From assembly GCA_017412585.1 (NCBI GenBank), contig JAFPXK010000085.1, positions 24,953 to 88,952 on the forward strand: 64,000 nt of DNA, read 5' to 3'. The notes beneath the pieces are model-generated. The model did no database searches. It had not been told where the DNA came from and saw nothing but the letters and a program-made list of their open reading frames with translations. Position 1 is the first letter of the stretch; every line of letters starts with the position of its first letter. The stretch comes from Oscillospiraceae bacterium. Lineage in GTDB: Bacteria > Bacillota > Clostridia > Oscillospirales > Oscillospiraceae. Positions 53,153-62,128 of the stretch are shown here, piece by piece. The position numbers and the translations under genes were made by a program.

Positions 53153-54493
53153 TCAATACCGATACACGGCAAAGCCAAACAGCTCCGCCAGCATTTCCAG
53201 CGCCCTGCCGTACCGGCCCTGGATCACCACGTAATGGGGCTCAAAGCCCGCCTTGACGCTGCGCTCCACAATGTCCCGGCTGTTGCCGTCGGTCCGCACC
53301 ACAATGGACGTGCCGGTGAACTGCTTGGGCTTGTCCAGGGCCTCACCCTCCAGGATGAAGAAGCGGAAGGAGCCGTCGGCCTCCCGGCCGATGCGGAACA
53401 CGGTGGCCTCCGGGAAGGCCTGGCAGCCGAAGTCCATAGCCGGGCCGATTTTCCGGTTGGGATGTACGCCCACGGTGGCGCCGGTATCCCGCCGGGCCAT
53501 GGAGCAGGCGGCCGCGCCGCAGTGCCAGAAGGTGATGGTGTTCTCCCCCTCGTCCAGAGAGACGGGGTCGCCGAAGAACACCGGCTTGCCCGACAGCGCC
53601 ATGCCCACCCACATGGACAGGGCCCCGTAGATGTCCGCCTCGCAGGCCGCTGCCACGCCCTCGTCGTTCAGGAGGGACAGCACCGTGCACACCGGCGTGC
53701 CAAAGGCGGTGAAGAAGTCGGGCCAGCACCGGGAGGCCAGGGCCTTAATGCCTTTTTCCTGCACATAGTCGGTGTAGGCCTTATAGAGCCGTGCGTGGTC
53801 CAGGGCGTTTTTCTCCGGGGTGGCCTCCAGGCCGCAGGTGGCCTTTCTTGTGCGCTCCAGCCATTCCCGGCACGCCTCGTCGCTGTACCCCTTGGCCCGG
53901 TCGATGAGCTCCCTTGCCTCTATGGCCTCCAGCTCCACGCCGAAGGTGTGCATCAGCTCGCTGTCCAGCGCCCGGCCGAAGCCGAAGCCCTGGGGCGTGT
54001 GGCCCACCGCCGCCATTTTCAGGGAGGTCATCTCTTTTTTGACCCGGGCCGCCGCCACGAAGGCGGCAATGTCCCGGCTCACGTTTTCCTCCTGCGGCCC
54101 ACCGAACACGTAGCCGAAGGGCCTGTTGCCGAAGGCGCGGAGGGTGTTGGCGGCGGAGTAGGCCCCGGTGAGGGAGTTGAGCCGCAGCCGCCCGCCGTCG
54201 ATGACAGGCTCCCGCAGCGTCCACAGCAGGATGGGGCAGTCAAAGCGCCGCAGCACCTCCGACATATAGGCGGCATTGGCAAAGATGAGATTCTGAAACA
54301 CGATCATGTCCGGGTGCAGAGGGGCGAGGAAATCGTGGAGGGCGTCCACCCCCAGCAGCATCTCCTCCGGGCACACGAAGTCGCCGCAGATGCCCTTCAG
54401 CAGGGCCCGGCTGCGGTCAAACTGGGCCTGGGCGCTCTCCATGTGAAAGGTGGGCACGCCCACGCCCACGTATACAGGTACGAAGTCGCTCAT
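53153..54493 (-). CDS. L-fucose/L-arabinose isomerase-family sugar isomerase
   Basis: 446 aa. FucI/AraA-like core with AACEADIYGA metal-site motif. RBS GGAGG. Confidence 0.7.
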   Translation of the reverse strand: MSDFVPVYVGVGVPTFHMESAQAQFDRSRALLKGICGDFVCPEEMLLGVDALHDFLAPLHPDMIVFQNLIFANAAYMSEVLRRFDCPILLWTLREPVIDGGRLRLNSLTGAYSAANTLRAFGNRPFGYVFGGPQEENVSRDIAAFVAAARVKKEMTSLKMAAVGHTPQGFGFGRALDSELMHTFGVELEAIEARELIDRAKGYSDEACREWLERTRKATCGLEATPEKNALDHARLYKAYTDYVQEKGIKALASRCWPDFFTAFGTPVCTVLSLLNDEGVAAACEADIYGALSMWVGMALSGKPVFFGDPVSLDEGENTITFWHCGAAACSMARRDTGATVGVHPNRKIGPAMDFGCQAFPEATVFRIGREADGSFRFFILEGEALDKPKQFTGTSIVVRTDGNSRDIVERSVKAGFEPHYVVIQGRYGRALEMLAELFGFAVYRY

Positions 54494-54579
54494 AGAGACC
54501 TCCTATTCCAATATGTGTCCTCATCATATCGCCCCGAGGCACATTTTGTCAACACATAGATGATACATCGCAATTAAGG

Positions 54580-54608
54580 TTGACAAAGACCGCGCCAGCG
54601 CCTAAACT
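54580..54608 (+). promoter_or_regulatory. putative sigma-A promoter of the transketolase operon
   Basis: TTGACA-17 nt-TAAACT. The TTG used as the ORF start in the track is the -35 hexamer. Confidence 0.45.
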
Positions 54609-54648
54609 CATGGTAGCCAATACTCTGTCAAAATGGAGGCGATTACCG

Positions 54649-55476
54649 TTGCAAGAGGATCTGAAGGCCCTGTGCCGCGACCTGCGCTGCGATATCATGA
54701 CCGCCATCGGTCATCTGGGCGTGGGCCACGCCGGCGGCAGCCTGTCCATCGTGGAACTGCTGGCGGTGCTGTATTTCAAGGAAATGCACATCGACCCCGC
54801 CCAGCCCGATATGCCGGGCCGTGACCGCTTTATCTGCTCCAAGGGCCACGCCGGCCCTGCGGTGTACGCGGCGCTGGCCCGCCGGGGCTACTTCCCCCGT
54901 GACCTGCTCATGACCCTGAACCAGGGCGGCACCAGCCTGCCCAGCCACTGCGATATGCTCCGCACCCCCGGCGTCGACATGACCACCGGCAGCCTGGGCC
55001 AGGGCTTTTCCTGCGCCGTAGGCGTGGCCCTGGGCTCCCGCCTGGCGGGGGACGGCGCCACCGTCTATACCGTCATCGGCGACGGTGAGAGCCAGGAGGG
55101 CCAGATCTGGGAGGCCGCCATGCTGGCAGGCAACAAGCACCTTGACAACCTGATTGCCTTTACAGACTACAATAAGCTCCAGATCGACGACCCTGTGGCC
55201 GTTATCAACGATCTTGCCCCCCTGGGCGCCAAATGGCGGGCCTTCGGCTGGCACGTCATTGAGGTGGAGGACGGCAACGATGTGGACCAGGTGGCCCAGG
55301 CGGTGGCCCTTGCCAAACGCAACCGGGGCTCCGGCAAGCCCACCATGGTCATCCTCCACACGGTGAAGGGCAGCGGCGTCAGCTTCATCATAGAGCGGGG
55401 CTGCGGCAACCACAACACCAAGGTGACGGAAGAGGAAGCCCGCCGTGCCGTGGCGGAGATCAGAGGGGAGGCGTAA
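54649..55476 (+). CDS. transketolase, N-terminal (TPP-binding) subunit
   Basis: TTG 54649 lies 9 nt after GGAGG; ATG 54610 is the alternative start. GHAGGSLSIVELL, GDGESQEGQIWEA. Confidence 0.85.
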   Translation: MQEDLKALCRDLRCDIMTAIGHLGVGHAGGSLSIVELLAVLYFKEMHIDPAQPDMPGRDRFICSKGHAGPAVYAALARRGYFPRDLLMTLNQGGTSLPSHCDMLRTPGVDMTTGSLGQGFSCAVGVALGSRLAGDGATVYTVIGDGESQEGQIWEAAMLAGNKHLDNLIAFTDYNKLQIDDPVAVINDLAPLGAKWRAFGWHVIEVEDGNDVDQVAQAVALAKRNRGSGKPTMVILHTVKGSGVSFIIERGCGNHNTKVTEEEARRAVAEIRGEA

Positions 55477-55479
55477 GGG

Positions 55480-56403
55480 ATGGAAATGCGCGCTGTCTAC
55501 GCCCAGTGCCTGGGCGAGCTGATGGAAAAGGACGAGAAAATCTGCCTCCTGGACGCCGACCTCTCCAAGGCCAGCGGCACACGGGGTCTCTATGACCGCT
55601 TCCCCGACAGAACGTTCAACTGCGGCATCGCCGAGCAGAACATGGCCTCCGTGGCCGCCGGCCTTGCCAGCTACGGCTTCAAGCCCTGGATCGAGAGCTT
55701 TGCCCCCTTTGCCACCCGCCGCATCTGCGATCAGATCACCCTGTCCATCGCCTACGCCGGGCGGAACGTGAAAATCGTTGGCACCGACCCCGGCATCACC
55801 GCCGAGCTCAACGGCGGCACCCACATGAGCTTTGAGGACATCTCCGTGCTTCGGGCCATTCCCGGCATGGTGATTTTCGAGCCGGTGGACGAGGTGCAGC
55901 TCCGCTCCGCCATGCCGGTGCTCAGCGAGTACCAGGGCTGCCTCTACCTGCGCCTGGCCCGCAAGGAGATGCCCCGGGTCTTTGATGATGATTACCATTT
56001 CGACCTGTTCCGGGCCGACACCCTCCGTGAGGGCGCCGACGTCACCGTCTTCACCTCCGGCTATCCCACCGCCGACGTGGTGGCCGTGGCGGAGGAGTTG
56101 TCCCGGGAGGGCCTTTCCTGCCAGGTGGTGAACGTACACACCATCAAGCCCATCGACAGGGAAACCGTGGTGGCCGCCGCCCGGAAAACCGGCGTGGTCG
56201 TCACGGTGGAGAATCACAATATCATCGGCGGCCTCCACTCCGCCGTACTGGAGGCCCTGGCCCACGAGCGCATCCCCGTCTACGCCGTGGGCGTCGAGGA
56301 CCGCTTCGGCGAGGTGGGCAAGCTGCCCTATCTCCGCCAGGCCATGGGCCTTACCCCCGAACACATCAAGGCGGTCATCAAAGAGGCCGCCGACGCCAAA
56401 TAA
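55480..56403 (+). CDS. transketolase, C-terminal (pyrimidine-binding) subunit
   Basis: FNCGIAEQNMASVAAGLA. 307 aa. Starts 3 nt after the N-terminal subunit. Confidence 0.9.
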   Translation: MEMRAVYAQCLGELMEKDEKICLLDADLSKASGTRGLYDRFPDRTFNCGIAEQNMASVAAGLASYGFKPWIESFAPFATRRICDQITLSIAYAGRNVKIVGTDPGITAELNGGTHMSFEDISVLRAIPGMVIFEPVDEVQLRSAMPVLSEYQGCLYLRLARKEMPRVFDDDYHFDLFRADTLREGADVTVFTSGYPTADVVAVAEELSREGLSCQVVNVHTIKPIDRETVVAAARKTGVVVTVENHNIIGGLHSAVLEALAHERIPVYAVGVEDRFGEVGKLPYLRQAMGLTPEHIKAVIKEAADAK

Positions 56404-56418
56404 CAGGAGGAGTTTACT

Positions 56419-56895
56419 ATGAAAATTGCCATCGGAAGCGATAAGTCCGGCTTTGCCGCCAAGGAGGCCGTCAAGGCCTATCTCACCGAGGCCGGCGTTC
56501 CCTTTGACGACCTGGGCACCGCCGACCTGGACCACGTCAATCCCTATTACGCCGTGGCCGATAAGGTGGCCCCCCTGGTGCAAAGCGGCGCCTACGACCG
56601 GGCCGTGCTGATCTGCGGCACCGGCGCGGGCATGTGCGTGGTGTCCAATAAGTACAAGGGCGTCTACGCCGTGGCCTGCGAGAGCGTCTATTCCGCCAAA
56701 ATGGCCCGGGCCATCAATAACGCCTCCGTCCTCTGCATGGGCGGCTGGATCGTGGGCCCCGAAATGGCGGTGGAGATGGTGAAAACCTTCCTGGCCACCG
56801 ACTGGTGCCAGGATCTGGAGGACTGGCGCCGGGAGAACATGAAAAAGTTCGCCGTCCAGGTCAGCGCCATTGAGGATAAGATCTATGATCGCTGA
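56419..56895 (+). CDS. RpiB/LacA/LacB-family sugar(-phosphate) isomerase
   Basis: MKIAIGSDKSGF, LICGTGAGMCV (catalytic Cys region). 158 aa. Confidence 0.85.
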   Translation: MKIAIGSDKSGFAAKEAVKAYLTEAGVPFDDLGTADLDHVNPYYAVADKVAPLVQSGAYDRAVLICGTGAGMCVVSNKYKGVYAVACESVYSAKMARAINNASVLCMGGWIVGPEMAVEMVKTFLATDWCQDLEDWRRENMKKFAVQVSAIEDKIYDR

Positions 56896-57982
56896 TTTTC
56901 TGTACCGCCAGCCGGTGGAGATTCACTTCGGCAGGGGCAAATTTGATGCATTACCCAATCTTTTGGCGGAAAAAGGCATCCGCCGGGCCCTCATTGTCTG
57001 CGGCAGCCACTTCGCCCCCAAGGCGGAGGCACTGGCGGCAGCGGGGCAGGGGATCTGCGGCGTGTATAGCCACGTCCAGGCCGACCCCCAGCTTTCGGAC
57101 GTGAAGGCCGCGGCAGAGCAGGCCCGCCGTCTGGCGGCCGACGCCATCATCGGCGTGGGCGGCGGCAGCGCCATGGACAGCGCCAAGTTTGCCGCCGCCA
57201 TCGTGGACGATTTCGACAGCGCCGACGCCTATTTTGAGGGTAAGCGTCCCTTCCCGGCCCGCCGTCTGCCGGTCATCGCCGTGCCCACCACCGCCGGCAC
57301 CGGCAGTGAGGTCACCCAGGTTTCCGTCATCAGCAGGGGGGAGGAGAAGCGCACCATCAACGACCCCGCCTTTATGCCCGCCCTGGCCCTGGTGGACCCC
57401 GCCCTGGGGGACACGGTGCCGCCCCACGTGGTGATGTGTACCGGCCTGGACGCCCTGGCCCACGCCCTGGAGGGCTATTGGAGCCGCAACCACCAGCCCA
57501 TTTCCGACCTGATGGCCGTAGAGGCCGTTCGCCGTATCTGGGCCAATCTGGAACGGGCCTGGCGTGACCGCGGCGATACGGAGGCTTGCGATGAGATGGC
57601 CTTTGCCGCGCTGCTGGGGGGCCTGTCCTTCGCCCTGCCCAAGACGGCGGGCTGCCACGCCTGCAGTTATCCCCTCTGCGAGCATTTCCACATCAGCCAC
57701 GGCGAGGCCTGCGCCTTTACCCTGGACAGCTTCGTCCTCGCCAATGCCGATGACCGCCTTGCCTGCCTCTGCCGCGCCGCCGGTGTCGGTACAGTGGAGG
57801 ATTTGGCACGCCGCATCCGGGAGTGGAAGGCTATGGCGGGCCTTCGCACCCGCCTCCGTGACCTGGGGGACACCTCGCCCCGCCAGCTTGCCCGGGAGGC
57901 AGCGGCCCACCCGCTGATGGGCAATAACCCTGTGCCCATGGACGAGGACGCCCTTTGCGCCATGTTCACCGCGCTGCAATAA
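56885..57982 (+). CDS. iron-containing (group III) alcohol dehydrogenase
   Basis: ATG 56885 overlaps the rpiB-like stop. GGGSAMDSAKF, PTTAGTGSEV, and His ligands in LDALAHALE and HACSYPL...HISHGEA. Confidence 0.85.
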   Translation: MIADFLYRQPVEIHFGRGKFDALPNLLAEKGIRRALIVCGSHFAPKAEALAAAGQGICGVYSHVQADPQLSDVKAAAEQARRLAADAIIGVGGGSAMDSAKFAAAIVDDFDSADAYFEGKRPFPARRLPVIAVPTTAGTGSEVTQVSVISRGEEKRTINDPAFMPALALVDPALGDTVPPHVVMCTGLDALAHALEGYWSRNHQPISDLMAVEAVRRIWANLERAWRDRGDTEACDEMAFAALLGGLSFALPKTAGCHACSYPLCEHFHISHGEACAFTLDSFVLANADDRLACLCRAAGVGTVEDLARRIREWKAMAGLRTRLRDLGDTSPRQLAREAAAHPLMGNNPVPMDEDALCAMFTALQ

Positions 57983-58068
57983 AGCAGCACCGAGCCAACC
58001 GCCGCCGGGGCAGGGAAGCCCCGGCGGCGTCATTATGTGCCGAATTACAATGATTTTCTCAAAAACAC

Positions 58069-58097
58069 TTGACATTTTCAAATAGTTAGCTTATACT
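58069..58097 (+). promoter_or_regulatory. putative sigma-A promoter
   Basis: TTGACA-17 nt-TATACT upstream of the DUF2325 gene. Confidence 0.55.
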
Positions 58098-58177
58098 AAC
58101 CGTAGCCGCCACACCAATGGCGGCATACATTAAAACCAACTGTTAGCACAAGCTAACTCTTGAGACAGGAGGCACCC

Positions 58178-58459
58178 ATGAGCGTGGTCATTGTCGGCGG
58201 CAACGAGTGTATGGAGCGGCAGTACAAGGACCTGTGCCGCCAGTTTGACTGCCGCGCCAAGGTGTACACCAAGGCCGAGGGTATGGCGGGCAAGGTGGGC
58301 AATCCCGACCTGCTGGTGCTGTTCACCGGCACCATGTCCCACAAGATGCTGCAAGGCGCCCTCAGCGGCGTGAAGGGGAAGGACACCGTCATCGCCCGCT
58401 CCCATTCCAGCTCCATGTCCGCCCTGCGCACCATTCTTATGACCCACGCCGTCCGTTGA
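58178..58459 (+). CDS. DUF2325-like small protein
   Basis: Trimmed to ATG 58178 (RBS AGGAGG). MSVVIVGGNECMERQYKDLC...LVLFTGTMSHKM pattern. Confidence 0.65.
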   Translation: MSVVIVGGNECMERQYKDLCRQFDCRAKVYTKAEGMAGKVGNPDLLVLFTGTMSHKMLQGALSGVKGKDTVIARSHSSSMSALRTILMTHAVR

Positions 58460-58656
58460 TTTCGCCATTCTCATTCTTTTCCATAGCGGGGCGCAGCGCC
58501 TGTGTTGCGTCCCGCCCTCCTTTTGCCTATCGCTGCCCGTGCCGCGCCGCTGCGCCGCCGGGCGGCTTTTTTTGCGAAAAAAGTAAAATCCCCATACCAT
58601 TTTTCTGCGGTATATACTATAATGAGAATCAGAATGATAACGAGGGAGGACTTGCC

Positions 58657-60996
58657 ATGATCACCGTTGAGAATCGCCTCTTTATTCTGGAGACCGAGCG
58701 CACCGCCTACTGCTTCCGTGCCCGGGAGGACGGCGTACTGGAGCACCTCTACTACGGCGCCCGTCTGGGCCGGAGGGAGGACTATGAGGCCCTGGCCCCG
58801 GTCTACCGCCATCAGCCCGGCAACGCCGTGGTGCTGGAAAGCGGCGCCGCCCTGGAGCGGATGGACCAGGAGGTGGGCACTGCCGGCTGGGGCGACAGCC
58901 GGGAGTGCGCCGTAGACGTCATTTTCCCCGACGGCGACAGCAGCGCCTCCTTCCGCTACTTCCACACCATGCGCCCGGAGCTGGACACCCCCGCTGGCCT
59001 GCCCGCCGCGGCAGGGGAGGGGGAGACGCTGCAGGTGGTGTGTAAGGACCAGCGCCACGAGGTGTATCTCAATCTCTACTATACCGTTTTCCCCGAGACG
59101 GACGCCATCGTCCGCTGGGCCCGCCTCAGCAACGATACCGACGGCGCCGTCACCATCCGCCGCCTTATGAGCCAGCAGATCGACCTTCCCCGGGGGGACT
59201 ATCTCCTCCACACCTTCCGGGGCGCCTGGGCCCGGGAGATGGATCATGTCACCGCTCCCATTTCCGGCCGCCAGACCTGGGGCGCCAGGGTGGGGGTCAG
59301 CTCCAGCCGGTGCAACCCCTTCGCCATGGTGTCCGCCGCCGACGCCACCGAGCGCTTCGGCGCCGTGTGGGGCCTCAACCTTTTGTACAGCGGCAATCAT
59401 ATTGGCGTGGTGGAGCGGGGGCCCTACGGCGGCGTCCGCGTCATCCAGGGCATGGACGGCCTTACCTGGCATCTTGCTGCCGGCGAGAGCTTCGACACGC
59501 CCCAGGCTGTCAGCGTGTTCTCCGTCTCCGGCTTCGGCGGCATGAGCGTGCAGATGCACCGCTTCGTCCGCCGCCACATCGTTCGCGGCGAGTGGCAGTA
59601 CCGGGAGCGCCCCGTGCTGGTGAACAGCTGGGAGGCCATGTATTTCAAAGTAGACCGCCGCAAGCTGCTGGCCCTGGGCAAGGAGGCCAAGGCCCTGGGC
59701 GCGGAGCTGCTGGTGCTGGATGACGGCTGGTTCCGGGGCCGCAAGGACGACACCGCCGCCCTGGGCGACTGGCAGGAGGACACGGGCAAGCTGCCCGGCG
59801 GCCTGGGCGGCCTGTGCAAGGACGTACAGGCCCTGGGCCTGGACTTCGGCCTGTGGATGGAGCCGGAGATGGTCAGCGAGAAGAGCGACCTGTTCCGCGA
59901 CCATCCCGACTGGATTCTGGGCCACGCCGACCAGGCTCTGGGCCGCAACCAGTATGTGCTGGATCTGAGCCGGGCCGATGTGTGCGACTATGTGTACCAG
60001 GCCGTGGCCGATGTGCTGTCCTCCGCCGACATCAGCTATATCAAGTGGGACATGAACCGCATCTTCTCCGATACCTGGTCCTCCACCGCCGCTCCGGAGC
60101 GCCAGGGCGAGGTGTGCCACCGCTACGTTCTGGGCCTTTACAGCATCCTCCGCCGCTTAAACGCCGCCTTCCCCCACGTGCTGTTCGAGGCCTGCGCCAG
60201 CGGCGGCAACCGCACCGACCTGGGCATGCTCTGCTTTATGCCCCAGGTCTGGGCCAGCGACAATACCGACGTCCTGTGCCGCGTGGGCATTCAGAACGGC
60301 TACAGCTACGGCTACCCCCAGTCCGTCCTGGGCTGCCACGTCTCCGCCTCCCCCAACCACCAGACCCTGCGCCGCTCTCCGCTGGACAGCCGCCTCCAGG
60401 TGGCCTGCTTCGGCCTGCTGGGCTTCGAGCTGGATTTGGGCGACCTGCCCAAGGGCCAGCGTGAGTCCTTAAAGCAGCAGGTGGCGTTCTATAAGGCCCA
60501 CCGCCGCACGTTGCAATTCGGCCAGCTCTATCGTGGCAATGTCAGCGATAACGAGACCGTCTGGACCGCCGCCGCCACCGATGGCAGCGAGGCCCTCACC
60601 CTCCATTTCTGCGCCCTTAACGGCCCCAACGAGCCGATGCGCCGGGTCCGCTGCGGCGGCCTCACCCCCGACGCCCTTTACCGCGTCACCAATCTGCCCG
60701 TCACCCCCCATCTCCACGACTTCGGCTCCCTGGTAAACATGATGTCCCCCGTGCCCATCAAGCCCGACTCCCTCACCGCCCAACTGGCCGAGCACTTTGT
60801 CAAGCTGGAGCCGGACAGCATCGACCTCACCGCCTCCGGCCTGGGTCTGATGCGCCAGGGCTTCGTCCCCGTGCAGCACTTCTCCGGCACCGGCTACGAC
60901 GGCGGCACCGCCGTCATGCGCGACTTCGACAGCCGCCTCTATCTGCTGGAGCGGCAGGAGGAGCCCCAAGCCGCCCCCGCTGCGGAAGAAAAGTAA
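58657..60996 (+). CDS. GH36 alpha-galactosidase
   Basis: Trimmed to ATG 58657 (RBS GAGGGAGG). YIKWDMNR (nucleophile region), CASGGNR, WASDNTD (acid/base region). Confidence 0.9.
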   Translation: MITVENRLFILETERTAYCFRAREDGVLEHLYYGARLGRREDYEALAPVYRHQPGNAVVLESGAALERMDQEVGTAGWGDSRECAVDVIFPDGDSSASFRYFHTMRPELDTPAGLPAAAGEGETLQVVCKDQRHEVYLNLYYTVFPETDAIVRWARLSNDTDGAVTIRRLMSQQIDLPRGDYLLHTFRGAWAREMDHVTAPISGRQTWGARVGVSSSRCNPFAMVSAADATERFGAVWGLNLLYSGNHIGVVERGPYGGVRVIQGMDGLTWHLAAGESFDTPQAVSVFSVSGFGGMSVQMHRFVRRHIVRGEWQYRERPVLVNSWEAMYFKVDRRKLLALGKEAKALGAELLVLDDGWFRGRKDDTAALGDWQEDTGKLPGGLGGLCKDVQALGLDFGLWMEPEMVSEKSDLFRDHPDWILGHADQALGRNQYVLDLSRADVCDYVYQAVADVLSSADISYIKWDMNRIFSDTWSSTAAPERQGEVCHRYVLGLYSILRRLNAAFPHVLFEACASGGNRTDLGMLCFMPQVWASDNTDVLCRVGIQNGYSYGYPQSVLGCHVSASPNHQTLRRSPLDSRLQVACFGLLGFELDLGDLPKGQRESLKQQVAFYKAHRRTLQFGQLYRGNVSDNETVWTAAATDGSEALTLHFCALNGPNEPMRRVRCGGLTPDALYRVTNLPVTPHLHDFGSLVNMMSPVPIKPDSLTAQLAEHFVKLEPDSIDLTASGLGLMRQGFVPVQHFSGTGYDGGTAVMRDFDSRLYLLERQEEPQAAPAAEEK

Positions 60997-60999
60997 AAG

Positions 61000-61031
61000 A
61001 ATCCCGCCTTACCATTTCGTAAGGCGGGATT
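61000..61031. terminator. bidirectional hairpin terminator
   Basis: 12-bp stem aatcccgcctta / taaggcgggatt followed by TTTC. Confidence 0.65.
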
Positions 61032-61052
61032 TTCATGCCTAATATGATGGAA

Positions 61053-61913
61053 TTACTCCTCAAAATGCACGTGGGTAAAGATGTGATCCTGGCAGAAGCA
61101 GTGATACCCGGCGCACTTGCTGCAATAGCGGAACTGGAGGTCGGGGTAGTCCGCGTCCGTCCGTCCGCACACGGCGCATTTGTGGGTGTAGCCCCGCTGC
61201 TGCTGTTGCTGCTTCACCGCTTTTTTGAACTGCACCACCTGGGGGCTGCGGCGGTAGGCCGCCTTCTCCTTCAGGTACGTCACCTCCGGCCAGATGAACA
61301 CGGCGAAGTTCAGCAGCGCCACAACGGGCAGCACCACGCCGCTCCAAAGCCCCAGGCGGATGGAGTTGATGATGTCGAAGCCGAACAGCGCCGCGTCCAG
61401 ATAGGCCAGCCACTTCATCTTTACCGGAATCACAAAAAACAGCATCACCTGTGTGTCGGGGAAGAGGCAGGCAAAAGCCAGGAACATGGACAGGTTCACG
61501 TAGGTGGCCCCGGCCACGTAGAAGTGGGCGCCCTGCACCAGCCCCGCCAGCACGGCGCCGATGAGGGTGGCCACCATGCCGCCGAAGTAGTACAGGTTAA
61601 ACCTGGCCGTGCCCCATTTGTTCTCCAGCACCGAGCCGATCCAGTAGTAAAAATACAGGCTGATAGCCAGGAAGATGATGCTGCCCTCCTGAGGCACCAG
61701 CACAAAGGTGATTATCCGCCAGATCTCACCCTTCAGCACCGCCGGCCAGTAAAAGGTGAGGAAGCTGAGGGCGTTGGCGTCATTGGCCTGGGTGAACATC
61801 ATCAGCACGTACACGATCACGTTGCCGATAACCACATAGCGCATCAGATTGGGAATGCCGAACCGGGGATGGCGTGCGCAGAACCGATCCACCGCCCCAT
61901 AAATCGCTTTCAA
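61053..61913 (-). CDS. rhomboid-like polytopic membrane protein with C-terminal Cys-rich zinc-ribbon
   Basis: GEIWRIITFVLVP (the rhomboid WR motif) and ~6 TM. C-terminal CAVCG...CSKC...HCFCQDH. Confidence 0.65.
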   Translation of the reverse strand: MKAIYGAVDRFCARHPRFGIPNLMRYVVIGNVIVYVLMMFTQANDANALSFLTFYWPAVLKGEIWRIITFVLVPQEGSIIFLAISLYFYYWIGSVLENKWGTARFNLYYFGGMVATLIGAVLAGLVQGAHFYVAGATYVNLSMFLAFACLFPDTQVMLFFVIPVKMKWLAYLDAALFGFDIINSIRLGLWSGVVLPVVALLNFAVFIWPEVTYLKEKAAYRRSPQVVQFKKAVKQQQQQRGYTHKCAVCGRTDADYPDLQFRYCSKCAGYHCFCQDHIFTHVHFEE

Positions 61914-62128
61914 AGGGGAGACCCCTCCTTTTCATACACGTTGCTATGGATGATACCACACTATTTGCCAAAAGTCATGTCATTTTTATAAACATTCCCC
62001 CGGGGCGACAGGGCAGGGGAGGCCCACTTTGAAAACAAGTTGAAAATCTGGCGGAAATCCGCTATAATCACTCCGAACACCCGCTCGGAGGCCCTCGCCG
62101 TCCGGGAAAAATAGGAGGAGGTCTTTAC

